Positions 1-12,584 of a stretch of DNA of 64,000 nt are shown here, in pieces. The DNA is taken from the NCBI GenBank assembly GCA_951406725.2, contig OX597817.1:170624001-170688000 (forward strand). Reading direction: 5' to 3'. Origin of the DNA: Octopus vulgaris. Lineage: Eukaryota. Below the pieces are notes generated by a model. It made no database searches, had not been told where the DNA came from, and was given only the letters and a program-made list of their open reading frames with translations. Position 1 is the first letter of the stretch. Each line of letters starts with the position of its first letter. Position numbers and translations under genes: made by a program.

Positions 1-358
1 TGCCTCTGTTGGTGACAAAGGGCCTCTTGCTCAGAGTAAAAGGTAGCCTGTATGGTGCATGTGTGTGAACAGCTATGCTACATTGCAGTGAAACATGGGC
101 CATGACTGCTGAGGACACGTGTAAGCTTGCAAGGAATGAAGCTAGTATGCTCCGCTGGATGTGTAATATCAGTGTGCATATACAACAGAATGTAAGTGCC
201 CTGAGAGAAAAGTTGGACATAAGAAGCATCAGATGTAGTGTGCAAGAGAGAAAACTGTACTGGTATGTTCATGTGTTGCATATGGATGAGGACAGCTGTG
301 TGAAAAAGTGTCACACGCTAGCAGCAGAGGGAACCTGTGGAAGAAGTTGACCCAGGAA
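1..358 (+). mobile_element. RTE-clade LINE, decayed RT C-terminal fragment
   Basis: Translates as LLVTKGLLLRVKGSLYGACV*TAMLHCSETWAM..NEASMLRWMC..RKLYWYVHVLHMDEDSCVKKC..EGTCGRS*PRK, matching RTE motifs (GSETW, MLRW, W.GHV.RM, GRGRPRK) with in-frame stops. Confidence 0.9.
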
Positions 359-702
359 GTGCATATTCAGGAAAAAAAAAAATTCTAGTGCATTAAAACT
401 TGCAAGAGGTCTAACTTTCCATATAGGACCTGGTGTGACATTTTGAAACATTTTGTTTTGATAAAAAGCATGTTTTATACACCAACAAAGCAATTCTACT
501 GTGAAGGAAAGGAAGAGAAATCAACATTTTAAATAGTTGTATATCATCAAAAGAGAAAAGAGAAAGGTAGAAGTAAAGAGTTGGCAGGAAAAAGAAGCAA
601 TTTTGAATCAGAGATGAACATGATAGACTAGAAGATAGGAAATGAGTAGAGTAGAGTTGAGTTGGTGTTGTTCTCCAGCAGAGAAGAGTGAGTGTGCATT
701 AA

Positions 703-925
703 CCATTTCACATTTAAACTGATCATATCTGGCTCAAATATTCTGCCTGTTTTATGTTAAAACTGGCCAGATCCGGCCACTCACACCTGCCCTACATGGA
801 CACTCTGAAACTAGCAATCGTAGAAATCATTGAAAACACAAAGCTACAACATAATGCATGATATATTCAAAATTATGTAACTAAATAAGCATTGCCTTTG
901 ACCAAGTCATCTGAATGTAAAAAGG
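703..925. mobile_element. piggyBac-like MITE
   Basis: TTAA on both sides (699-702, 926-929) with termini CCATTTCACATT / AATGTAAAAAGG; a related internal sequence recurs inverted at about 38765-38870. Confidence 0.55.
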
Positions 926-1169
926 TTAAGGAAAACGTGATGAGCAAAAGCAAGTGTTTTGAAGTATGAGTGAAAAAGTTTATGTATGCTTGTTGAGTGC
1001 CATGTCCTTTGCTTTGACTGTCTCCCAGAGCTTTACTTTCTAAAATAAAGATGTAAAAAATTGGAGTAGAGGAGAGGGATATAAAATGGCATAAAATAAA
1101 GAGTTAAATAAAGGTGAAGGAAGAAAGGAACCAAGAAACATAATCTATCTTCTGTCTTTTATTTGCTTC

Positions 1170-1610
1170 TGTAACAGGATCTGGAATCGGTGTCACTGGA
1201 GGGGTGTCCGATCCGATCCGATCCCATCACATACAATATAGTTAAATATAACAGACGAAGTCAGGTTATCTGGGAAAGACAGCAAATGTTGTTTTATTAC
1301 TCATGATGGTGTTGATCTGGTGTGCCTATTTCTGAGGGGGGACCGACAGTGCCGTTTCTGTTGTACTGCTTCTTGTTGGTTGATCGAAGTGATTCGATGT
1401 GGTCCGCTGCTAAGTCGGTGCGTAGTCCTCAGAGACTGCCAATACATGTCTGTACACGAAGGCTGCAAGGGCCAGAGAGGCTGAGTGAGTGGACGGTGTT
1501 TTAGGGGTCAGTTTCCCCGCACATGCACATGGGGAAGACTTCCGGTGGCCACTCGGAAGTAGTCCCATTCTGCGCATGTGCGCTGAACCTTACACAGCAG
1601 CATCACTACA
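1170..1610 (-). mobile_element. Solo LTR (Gypsy-like)
   Basis: TGTAAC...ACTACA termini, 4-bp target duplication CTTC (1166-1169, 1611-1614), GC-richer than flanks, minus-strand AATAAA near 1293-1298; interrupts a decayed SINE tail. Confidence 0.75.
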
Positions 1611-1724
1611 CTTCAGTTATTGAATTATGGCCATGTTTGAATGCCAGCTTGAAGTGTTTGGTTGAACAAATTGATACCAGTGCTCATTCACTTTTAAATC
1701 TGATACTTATTCTATTGGTCCCTT

Positions 1725-1825
1725 TTTTGCTCAATAAACACTCACAACACCCGGGCTGGGAATCGAAACCAAGATCCTGCGACCGCGAGTCAACTGCCCT
1801 AACCACTAGGCCATTGCGCCTACAC
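1725..1825 (-). mobile_element. tRNA-headed SINE (family T), 5' part
   Basis: Reverse complement reads GGCGCAATGGCCTAGTGGTTAGGGCAGTTGACTCGCGGTCGCAGGATCTTGGTTTCGATTCCCAG with pol III A/B boxes. Related copies at about 4820-5090(-), 6878-7205(+), 15145-15430(+), 21250-21545(-), 41110-41300(+), 60185-60430(+). Confidence 0.8.
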
Positions 1826-2041
1826 ACAGCCACTCCTGCACCTGGGTTTCCAAACAGTTTCTGTCTACCAAATTTACTCACAAGACCTTGGTCACCTAGC
1901 ACTATAGCAGAAGACACATGCCCAAGGTGCTACAGAGAAAGACAGAACCAGGAACCAAGTTATTACAAAGCAAGCTTCTTATCCCCATAGATATGCTGCA
2001 CCTCTGAAAATCAAATAAATATCAAACAAAATATATAATAA

Positions 2042-2426
2042 CTAGCAGTATCGCCCGGCGTTGCTCAGGTTTGTAAGGGAAATAACTACAAAGCATTTTT
2101 ATAGAGTTATAGCCAAAAAATAGCCAAAAAATGGAAAAAAATGATGGTAAATTTTTTTTGAGAGTTAAAAAAGGATGGAGTTGCGTCCCCTAGACAGTTT
2201 GTGGTTCGTATTCCTGATTCTCGACCCCATGTCGAATTTATCGATTTTCTTCAGAACTGGGGGAACTTTTCAAAATTTTCTCTGCGTTAGTTTTGAATTA
2301 TGACATTGGGCTATGTGTGTGTCAAGTTTCATCAGAATCGGTTGAAAGCCGTGGTCAGGGTGAGGGTACAAGCAAACAGACACACAGAAACACGCACAGA
2401 CAAACTGCCGTTTATATATAGAGAGA
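2042..2426 (+). mobile_element. Non-autonomous Helitron-like element (Lep1-type layout)
   Basis: Starts CTAGCAGTATCGCCCGGCGTTGCTCAGG, carries AAGTTTCATCAGAATCGG and an ACAGAC-rich subterminal tract, ends TTTATATATAGAGAT. Confidence 0.6.
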
Positions 2427-2774
2427 TAATAATAATAATGAAATTAATTGTATACAGTGCTCAGGTGCATCACAACTTGTCAGAAAGTGCATATAAAGTA
2501 CATGCAGTAATGTAGAAATGTCTGGAAAGCGAACAATGTATACTCTTTGACTCTTTTACTTGTTTCAGTCATTTGACTGTGGCCATGCTGGAGCACCACC
2601 TTTAGTCGAGCAAATCAACTCCAGGACTTATTATTTGTATGCCTAGTACTTATTCTATCAGCCTCTTTTGCCGAACCGCTAAGTTACGGGGACATAAACA
2701 CACCAGCATCGGTTGTCAAGCGATGCTGGAGGAACAAACAAAGATACACAAACATATACACACACACACATATA

Positions 2775-2972
2775 TCATCATCATCATCATCATCATCATC
2801 GTTTAACGTCCGTTTTCCGCGCTAGCACGGGTTGGACGGTTCGACCGGGGTCTGGGGAGCCAGGGGCTGCCCCAGGCTCCAGTCTGATCAGGCAGTGTTT
2901 CTACAGCTGGATGCCCTTCCTAACGCCAACCACTCCGCGAGTGTAGTGGGTGCTTTTACGTGCCACCTGCAC
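2775..2972 (-). mobile_element. RTE-tail-related repeat (family R) with (GAT)n tail
   Basis: (CAT)n-CGTTTAACGTCCGTTTTCC..GGATGCCCTTCCTAACGCCAACCACTCC. Other copies at about 27045-27510, 29535-30035, 33300-33700, 36385-36760, 36950-37350, 42015-42180, 44100-44300, 46500-46690, 48075-48335, 51965-52230, 60965-61350. Confidence 0.85.
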
Positions 2973-3238
2973 AGAGATATATATGTAAAAAAAAAAAAAT
3001 AAATAAAAATAAAAATAAAGATATAAACAAAAAGCAGTAATAATAAAATTAAAATAAGAGAATAAAAATGTGTGTGTATGTGTGTGCATGTATATGCATT
3101 TGTATATATTTGTGCGAGTGGGTATACATATATGTATGTATATGTATGTATATGTGTATCTGTGTGTACGTACATGGGTATGTGTATGTATGTATGTATA
3201 TGTATGTATATATATATGTATATGTATGTGTATGTATG

Positions 3239-3269
<31 letters not shown>

Positions 3270-3581
3270 ATGTGGGTATGTATGTATATGTATAGATATA
3301 TGTGAATATGCGGGTGTATATATGTGTATATATATATATGTAGATGTACAAGTGAGAGTCTCCCTACTTACCTAAAACCCTATTTTTCTATTTATATTTT
3401 TTTATCCTTTTATTTTATTTTTTTATTCTTTTATTTATTCTATTATCTACTTTACCAACGATTCCTTTGACCACTCCCCTTATAATGACAGTTTTGCGCC
3501 ATGCCTACCCCCAAAAAAGTCCCCCCACCACCCATTTAAACCTGCCTAAATGTATAAATGCCAAAACAACTCTTGTCTACT

Positions 3582-3632
3582 AGCTTCCTGATGATTTCTT
3601 TTGAATGAAACAGTTCTAGTCCTGTAGAAGCT
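3582..3632 (+). ncRNA. Type I hammerhead ribozyme
   Basis: AGCTTC-CTGATGA-tTTCttttGAAt-GAAAC-AG(ttctagtc)CT-GTA-GAAGCT: intact core, 6-bp stem I, 4-bp stem III, GUA cleavage triplet, followed by AATAAA and (TA)n. Confidence 0.85.
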
Positions 3633-3659
3633 CCTTCTATAAAATAAAAAAATATGTAT

Positions 3660-3691
<32 letters not shown>

Positions 3692-4263
3692 GTGTCTACC
3701 AAATCCACTCACAAGGCTTTGGTCGGGCCAAGGCTATAGTTCAAGTCACTTGCGTAAGGTGCCACGCAGTGGGACTGAACCCGGTGGTTCGTAACCAGTG
3801 GTTCGTAAGCTACTTACCACACAGCCACTCCTACACCTATACATACTTCTATATACACACTCTAAATTTTTAACTGGATCCAGTTACTTGGCTATGGCCA
3901 TGCTAGGGAACTGATAATATAAATATTAATATAATGATGTAAATTTTTTAAAAATTAAGTTGAAAAATTAACAAAAATATAAACCATAATAATGAGAGAA
4001 ATTATATTTGCAAAGATAAAAGATATTGGAAAGATTCCTTTCACAGAGGGGAGCAGCTGTGTAACCTATAAAGTGAATTAAATCTCAATTTATGGCTCTA
4101 TTGTTGTGAATTAGCTTTGTTCTTATGATCAAAGAAGTTCCAGCTATGCTGATCATATATATATATATATATATATACAAATACATATACATATATGTAT
4201 GTATATGTGTGTATGAGTATATATGTATATACACAGACAAACACACACATATATACATATATA

Positions 4264-4335
<72 letters not shown>

Positions 4336-6319
4336 TATATGTATATGTATATATGTATGTATATGTATATATGGGTATGCATGCATATATATATATATAT
4401 ATGTATATTTCAAGATATAGTTTATCTCACTTAGTCTTCATTATCGTTAATGGGCATTGTTTTTGAAGAACATAAGGAGAGATTTGAGGGAGATTTGATT
4501 GATATTTCTATTAGGTTGAATGAACACATAAAGCATCCCTTCTTTGTAACTCTAGTCGTTGTTGTTGTTGCTGCTGTTGTTGTCATTGTTTAACCCAAGG
4601 ATAGCCATGATCAAGCCAATCAGTGATTAAAGACATTTCAGCTATGACCATCTCATCTTTTTTTCTATATGCAAGGAATCCAAGGCCGTATTATCCAATG
4701 TATTCTCTTCTAAGATTGTGGGGTAGGATTTTAAAGAAGATTTGACTGCCATTTCTAGCATGTCAGGGGCTCTTTTGTTGGCTCATTGTAATTATGGTGG
4801 TTAGCATAGATCGATAAAGTAAAGTAAAGTAAAGGTAAAGGTTACCTTCTCAAGTCATACTGACTCATAAGGGTTGGTTTTCTGGTTTCCATGGTGTATA
4901 AATTCCCCACCTGGATAGGATGCCAGTCTGTCAGAGGATTGCTCATTTTCGCTAGCTGAGTGGACTGGAGCAATGCGAAATGAAGTGTTTTGTTCAAGAA
5001 CACAATGCGTTGCCCAGTCCAGGAATGGAAACCGCAATCTTACGATCATGAGTCCAACATCCTAACCACTAAGCTACATGACTCCACACTCCAACATTGC
5101 TCTGAAACTGAATTCCCATGACAGCTACCCTGGCTCAAAGTCTCTCCTTCTCTTTCCCTGAAGTTCCTCTTGCTGTCTCTACTGCTCCACAAATTCTTCC
5201 AATCATCACCAGGTAATCAATTGTCTCACTTTCTGCATCTAAAACATTTATGCCATATCACTTTTCTCTCTAATCTGTGTCTGTTAGTATTCATGTTATT
5301 CTTATCCTTTATTTCTGATAGACTGATATTACAACAATGCTTGACATTTTTCTGAGCTCCAAATCCATTCAATATCCAGACATCGCTATATCTGCACACA
5401 TCAAATTGTATGATTGTTCGTATAATCAAGATAACACACATCACATCTTCCTTGCCACTCACCGGTCCAATGCTAGAACTCTTTGTATTTCAAATTTGTT
5501 AACAAATTGAAGCTTCCTATGCAAACCCTAATTTGTCTTCTCATTAATGGAGGGAGGGCAAAAAAAAATTAATAATATTTCTTTTTCAAGAGGATTTATC
5601 ACACTTCCATGTATACAATACCCTTCTTCATTCCTCCCTCACTTTCCACACTGAGATATCACCCACAAGCACGTATTGTCTTAAATGTTCTCATAAAAAC
5701 ACATTCATCGAAGGCTGCCTTTTAACCTATGATACAGAACCAACAATTTTAAAGTTTGCCTATTGAAATTAATATGGGGATGATGATGATTATAATTTTA
5801 AGTCAGAACTTTTTGTTAAGCTATGTTCCAAATACCAGCTTAATAATGAAAAAGTATTTCTTTAGAAATATGGTAATGAAAGGGTTAATGAACAGAGACT
5901 CTGAGAGCATCTTTCAAGGAAAACATGACAATCTGGTCCAGAGGTGAGGAATCTGCAGCCTTATGGCTATATTCGGTCTTCTGAAAGAAGTGCAATGATT
6001 GAAGGAAAATCACATACTGTAATATAGTTTTGTTGATTTATTTTAATTAAAGCCCAGTTTTTCAATTAGTTAAAAATTTTAGAATCTCTAATTCATATTT
6101 TTTCCCATGTTCAATTGTAATTACTTGTGTAAAGCAATTACAATTGTATTTTAAAACAAAAACTTGGAGAAATTTTTGAAGAAATGAGAAAAGTTACTCC
6201 AAGGGCATTTATTCCCAAACTCCCGCATTTTTATATTTTCTTGTTTTTGTTTTCTTTTTGTGTTATAAAATAATAGATTTAGTAATATAATTTTTTTCTT
6301 TTTTGTAAATGCAGCCTTG

Positions 6320-6870
6320 TCAGAAGGCAGTTAACTTCACTACAGCGTTCCAGCATAGAGTAAATACACTACCTTCGATAGCACAAAACCTCAGTCACTA
6401 CACTTGTCGAGGAAACAAACATACTATAAATCTTCTTTAATCATGAAGACAGACAACTAAAACACTCAAAGTTCCAAGGAATGCTGGGCCTTACTTACCA
6501 TCTATGAGGATCTGAGAGTAACCTCTAATGTATAACATGACTGTAACTGCATCCATAGTAGGGGAGTTCATTTTAGATTCCAAATATAGTTTAGCTCTAA
6601 ATAATTGCAGACCTTCTATAAGGCATGAGTAAGACCAACATTGGAACACTGTTCATGCATATGAGACAGTGTTGCTGCTGCACATAGAAGGCCATTTAGA
6701 CCCCATCTCAAAGTTCATTTGGCCACATGACAAAAATTCATTCACAAACACACTACTACCGACACTCCACCATGACTAACTCACAAATGTGTGGCTTCTT
6801 TGAACTACCTCTTCTGCCAGTACTAGAAAGGCCTGTGTTTCTATTGATTTATAAGCTATGTATCCTCTTC
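6320..6870 (+). mobile_element. CR1/L2-group LINE, heavily decayed RT C-terminus
   Basis: LQTFYKA*VRPTLEHCSCI*D near 6605-6670 matches the LYKA.VRP.LEYCS..W consensus; many stops and frameshifts. Confidence 0.7.
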
Positions 6871-7309
6871 CAATGAAGGCACATGGTTCAATGGTTAAAG
6901 GTTAAAGGCTCACAATTACGAAGTAGTAAGTTTGATTCCCAGACTGGGCTGTGTGATGTGTTCTTGAGCAAGACACTTTATTTTCATGCTGCTCCAGTTC
7001 ACTCAGCTCTAGAAATGAATTGAAGAGTCACTGGTGCCAAGCTGTCTTGGCCTTTGCCCTTCCCTTGGATAACATCATTGGCATGGAGAGGGGCAGTTAG
7101 TATGCATGAGTGACTGCTGGTCTTCCCAGACTTGTGCCTCAGAGGAAAACTTTCTAGGTGCAATCTCATGGTCATTCATGACCGATGGGGGTCTTTACCC
7201 TTTACCCATCTTCCACCACCTGACATGCAATTTTCTTCCACCTATCAACCTCTACTATGTCTCACCACTCAAAATCAACACTATATACTTCATCCAGTTC
7301 TTTCTTCTC

Positions 7310-8400
7310 ACTAGAGTCGATGTAATTAACTTAATCCCTTTGTCTGTCAACTTTGCATTTCATCCTGGGGGGGGGGGGTCGATTAAATAAGTACCAGTTA
7401 TGCACTGGGGTCAATGTAATCGACTTAATCCCTTTGTCTGTCCTTGTTTGTCTCCTCTATGTTTATCCCCCTGTGGGCAATAAAGAAAGAAATATTTGGT
7501 ATGACATCTCCCTTTTTCTCTTTCTCTTTCTCTGGAAATTGCCCCCTTCCTTGCATTTTCACTCTTGCCTCCTCTTTGTTCTAAGTCTTTCTTGGCCACC
7601 CTTATTCATGGGTTCCAATAACTTGAGGTGCTCAGTACTTCCTTATGTGGCATCCATCCTCCATATGCATGACATGCTCATACCAACACAGCCTCCTCTC
7701 TTGCACACTACATCTCATTTCCCTAATACCCCAACAGAGCTAAAGCATGTACCCCACCTCAGTACTCACCACCTGTGTTGGTGTCACAAAAATGCACCCA
7801 GTACACACTGCAAAGCGGTTGGCTAATGCACAGAGAAAGCACAGAGTTGTGAAGTCTCTTTAGTCCTGTCTCACTGAGGAATAACCAGCTTTTCAAGTGT
7901 TGGTACCATGAGAACATGCACCAAACACTCTTCTCCCTCAGAGACATCCCACAGCAGGGCAGAATCGTTAGCATGAGGGGCAAAATGCTCAGCGGTATTT
8001 TGTCTGCCATCACGTTCTGAGTTCAAATTCCACCGAGGTCGACTTTGCCTTTCATTCTTTCAGGGTTGATTAAATAAGTACCTATTTCTTTACTACCCAC
8101 AGAGAGGATAAACAAGGACAGACAAACGGATTAAGTTGATTATATCGACCCCGGTGTGTAACTGGTACTTATTTAATCGACCCCGAAAAGATGAAAGGCA
8201 AAGTCGACCTCGGCGGAATTTGAACTCAGAACGTAGCGGCAGACGAAATACCGCTAAGCATTTCGCCAGGCATTCTAACGATTCTGCCAGCTCGATTAAA
8301 TAAATACCACTGGAGTCGATGTAATCGACTTATTCCCTTTGTCTGTCCTTGTTTGTCTCCTCTATGTTTATCCTCACTGTGGGCAGTAAAGAAATAAATA
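7310..8400. mobile_element. Cluster of MetaSINE-like tRNA SINEs (family M), both orientations
   Basis: GTCGACTTTGCCTTTCATCCTTTCGGGGTCGATAAATTAAGTACCAG-type central domain resembling the Meta-SINE domain. Other copies at about 16375-16590, 18300-18530, 25178-25395, 41735-41950, 49650-49810, 50335-50540, 52820-53057, 53378-53790, 54345-54545, 54645-54880, 55740-55955. Confidence 0.8.
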
Positions 8401-9388
8401 TTTGGTATGACATCTCTCTTTTTCTCTTTCTCTTTTCCTCTCCCTCTTTTCTTGCATTTCCTCTCTCCTTTCCATCTATTTTTCTTCTCTTCCCACTCTA
8501 CATCTCTGTTGTCTTTTTCTTTTGTCTACTTTCACTTTGCTATTCTCCCTGCTTCTCATTCTTCATCTCCTTTCTTTCACTCTACAATCACTTCTATAAG
8601 CCACCTGCATTTCTTTCTTTCTATCTTCACCTCATTTTCCCTTTACTCTGCTTCCTTCTCTTCCTCTGCCTTTCTCTCTATCCCTCGTTAGTTTTCTCTC
8701 ATGACCATCCCATTTCTCCTTTCACTCTTCCTTTTCATGCTTGACCGCTGACCCATTCATTCATGCTCTATTGGGCTCTTGCCTTCCTATTTACTTTCAG
8801 CTCTTGGGGGTTTGTCTTATTTTCTGCCTTTTGTTTTCTCTTTCTTCCTATTTCTTCCATCACTCCACTTTTCTGTCTATCTTTCTATCTCTTTACATTC
8901 CTTTATAAGTCCTTCATTACTTCTACACATGTCTTGTCTTAATACTTTCTCATAGCTGTAAGACCATTCCTTTTCCATTATTATCTCATCTTATTCTGTT
9001 GTTTATCATTCCTCTGCTTTTTTTGCTCTCTTCTATGTTTGCTCATTTATCAACAGCTTTTTGCTGTTGTAATAAGAAATATTGAGTTTCTAAATCTCTC
9101 GTAGAGAGGTGTACGGTGGTGGAGCGATATAATGGTTGTATACTGTCAATCTAACAAGAACGTGACAGTAGGGGGTACACCACCGTTATATAGCCCTAGG
9201 AGGCATCGACCATCAACAGCTTTTGCTGTTGACATCACCAAAATGATCAGTCTTATTGTTAAAGACAAGAAACTATGATTTTTGGATGATAACTGGTGAG
9301 GAAAGAGCACTTCCATAACTTGTATGGGATTTCTCTGTGTGTTTCTTTGTCATCCAATGTAATTTTTTAATCTATATATTTATATCTG

Positions 9389-9471
<83 letters not shown>

Positions 9472-9474
9472 CTT

Positions 9475-9750
9475 TACTCTTTTCCTCTTTTACTTGTGTC
9501 AGTCATTTGACTGTGGCCATGCTGGAGCACCGCCTTTAGTCGAGCAAATCAACCCCAGGACTTATTCTTTGTAAGCCTAGTACTTATTCTATCGGTCTCT
9601 TTTGCTGAACCGCTAAGTTACGGAGACATAAACACACCAGCATCGGTTGTCAAGCAATGTTGGGGGAACAAGCACAGACATACAAACATACAGACACACA
9701 CATACATACATACATGCATACATACATACATACATACATACATACATTCA

Positions 9751-9802
<52 letters not shown>

Positions 9803-10045
9803 CATACATAGATCATTAGCCACTATACACATTTTTTTCTCTCCTTGTTTTTTCTATGTCCCTTTCTGTAGAAGAGCGTAGGCTCGAAACGTAAAAGACT
9901 TTTTCTATTCCTGAGCATTATACTAACACATCTGTTTGTTTTGTACACCACCTGTCTTCGTCTTTTGTTTTTTCGTAAACTCTCACTATATATATATACA
10001 TATATACGACAGGCTTCTTTCAGTTTCCATCTACTGATGATCCAC
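9475..10045 (-). mobile_element. Family C SINE with a hammerhead cassette in its central microsatellite
   Basis: Family C tail 9475-9700 resumes at about 10005 (ACGACAGGCTTCTTTCAGTTTCC); foreign 9808-9988 cassette in between. Confidence 0.8.
9862..9897 (+). ncRNA. Minimal hammerhead-like motif (U at core position 6)
   Basis: CTTT-CTGTAGA-aGAGCgtagGCTC-GAAAC-GTA-AAAG; same family as 11451-11486. Confidence 0.55.
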
Positions 10046-10060
10046 TCACGACAGGCTTTG

Positions 10061-10471
<411 letters not shown>

Positions 10472-11318
10472 TAGGGTGTCTGGGCTAAATTTGATGATTT
10501 TTATGTCTCCTCTTTTCAAGAAGAGCTTGATGAAGAGTATAACAATTAAAGTAGTAGTTGAAAAAAAGTTAGTTGACATGGAGGAGGGGAAACCATCTGA
10601 ATATTGGAAAAGAGTTACCTGTATCATGAAGATTCACACCTGGTATCAAAATGCCAGCACTATGACTCTTGCTCAATGTTCTGTGAGTGCTGAAAAGGGT
10701 GTAAGTGATGACATGGACATCAGGAAAACCAAGTTATCCCAAGCTGTAATGGTCTTTGGGTGCGTGTCCAGTGAAGGTCATGTCGTGTTGCTCCATATCT
10801 TTGAACAGGGCCTCAGGCTCAATTCAGACGGCTATGTGAAGCTGCTGGAGTCTGTAGTCAATCCCTGGCTGGAGAAGGTTTCTACTGGAAGGCCATATGT
10901 GTGGCAGTAGACTTTGACTGCTTACCATAGCTCAGCTAAGAACCAGAAGTGGTTGTTGGAGAATTTTCTCAACTTCACCAACCCTAATACCTGGCCTCCT
11001 AATTCCCTCAATTGTAATCCCATGGCTTACTATGTGTGGGGCATAGCTGAAAAAGATATGAACCACTCTTCCTGCAACACCAAGGCCAAGCTGATAGCCA
11101 AATCAAGGAAGCGTTTGGAGATCTACCCAGGGACACAGTGAGGAATGCATGTGCCAGGTTCTGCAGCAGTCTTGAGACCATTGTGGAAGTCATGGAGTCT
11201 ACATTGAGTTAGGTGTCATCTCCCAGCCATAATCTAGTTGATATTTTTGATTTTGTAAAATACTTTTATTTTTGGATAGGAATATAAGCAAACTGACAAA
11301 TTTAGCTCAAACACCCTG
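10472..11318 (+). mobile_element. Tc1/mariner-superfamily transposon (maT/DD37D-like), internally deleted and decayed
   Basis: TIRs (T/C)AGGGTGTYTGRGCTAAATTTG with TA flanks; translation VMVFGCVSSEG..LRLNSDGY..RPYVWQ*..WPPNSLNCNPMAYYVWG matches the DDD catalytic domain. Confidence 0.85.
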
Positions 11319-11450
11319 TATATATACACACATATATATCTGTATAGATATGTATATACACATAGTATCTCTCCTGTGTGACCCTTCTGTCCGGCCTTTG
11401 CCATGATAGATCACTAGCCACTACACATTCATTATTTTCTCTCCTTGTTT

Positions 11451-11486
11451 CTTTCTGTGGAAGAGCATAGGCTTGAAACGTTAAAG
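11451..11486 (+). ncRNA. Minimal hammerhead-like motif (U at core position 6)
   Basis: CTTT-CTGTGGA-aGAGCatagGCTT-GAAAC-GTT-AAAG inside a cassette (about 11405-11582) homologous to 9808-9988. Confidence 0.55.
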
Positions 11487-11578
11487 ACTTTTTCACTTCC
11501 CAAGCGTTATACTAATACATCTGATTGTTGTCTAAACCACCTGTCTTTGTCTTTTGTTTTTTTTGTGAATTCTCCACC

Positions 11579-11613
<35 letters not shown>

Positions 11614-11864
11614 AGATAAGAAAATGGAGAAATATATCTAAATCAAATATCAATTACCAGATAATACTCAATCACATACTTTATTAAACCACCACATAAG
11701 AGACTGTAGGGTTAAACATAAAAAAACAGAACAAATCAGTGTACACAAAGGCATGTACATAAAAAATTGTACATAAAAGAGTAATGTTGTATAATAAGTA
11801 GAATATATATAAAAAAGAGAATATACATATAAGTAAATATAAATATAAGTATAGATTACATCTT

Positions 11865-11991
11865 AGATTACAGCTGTTTCAGCCATGTAGATAAGTATGT
11901 CTCATTTTACCAATATTAGCCTTTTATGGTAGGTCAATATATAGATATAAATGAGACATTTACAAAAATATCATAAGGCCTCATCTCAATT
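11865..11991 (-). ncRNA. Degenerate hammerhead with long stem II
   Basis: Minus strand GAGATGA-GGCC...GGCT-GAAAC-AGCT-GTA; internal helix ATGTCTCATTT/AAATGAGACAT; positions 3-4 and stem I damaged. Confidence 0.5.
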
Positions 11992-12033
<42 letters not shown>

Positions 12034-12310
12034 ATATATATTCATACCACACACGACTATATTTGGCTATTTCTTCATATATGCATATATATATAGGAAT
12101 AAGGAAAAAAACAATATCATCCATATACGATATCTGTTTCTGGATTTGTATATCAAGAGATCTTTTGATTTAAAAAATACTAGAATCAACATAGGTAACA
12201 TCGGACAAACTATGCCAGACACCAGTACTAGCGAATCCAAAAATACGAATGAGATCTATTATTCTCCCTGTCCGCCCACGTATGTATATGTATATAATCA
12301 AAATAAGCTA

Positions 12311-12559
12311 TCATTTAATATGAACAATGCAATCAGTTAATCATTACATCAATTTAAAATGTAGAGCAATCTTCAGCTGCACAAGGACATAGAATTTAAT
12401 TAAATTAAAACAGCTGTATATATCATTGCTATTATGGAAAAGTGTTGTAATACGTATATATACATCTGTTCTAATTTAATTAAATTCTATGTCTTTGTGC
12501 AGCTGAAGATTGCTCTACATTTTAAATTGATGTAATGATTGCATTGTTCAATTAAATGG
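12311..12559. repeat. Fold-back inverted repeat, arms about 105-110 bp
   Basis: About 12311-12423 is the reverse complement of about 12455-12559 with few mismatches and one small indel. Confidence 0.9.
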
Positions 12560-12584
12560 AGTTGCATGAAACGATCGTACTGCA
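12498..12584 (+). ncRNA. Type I hammerhead ribozyme, palindromic stem III
   Basis: TGCAG-CTGAAGA-tTGC...GCAt-GAAAC-GATC-GTA-CTGCA; intact core, 5-bp stem I. Confidence 0.85.

Larger units (their letters stand above)
2552..3840 (-). mobile_element. CORE-like tRNA SINE (family C), split by nested insertions
   Basis: 3' half at 2552-2760 and head at about 3690-3840 (CACCTTACGCAAGTGACTT core-like motif on minus); the central microsatellite holds a CAT-tailed element and a hammerhead cassette. Confidence 0.8.

Noticed and set aside
6314-6360. Strong acceptor-like site and putative exon
   Set aside because: Downstream sequence is a decayed CR1-group RT; no good donor.
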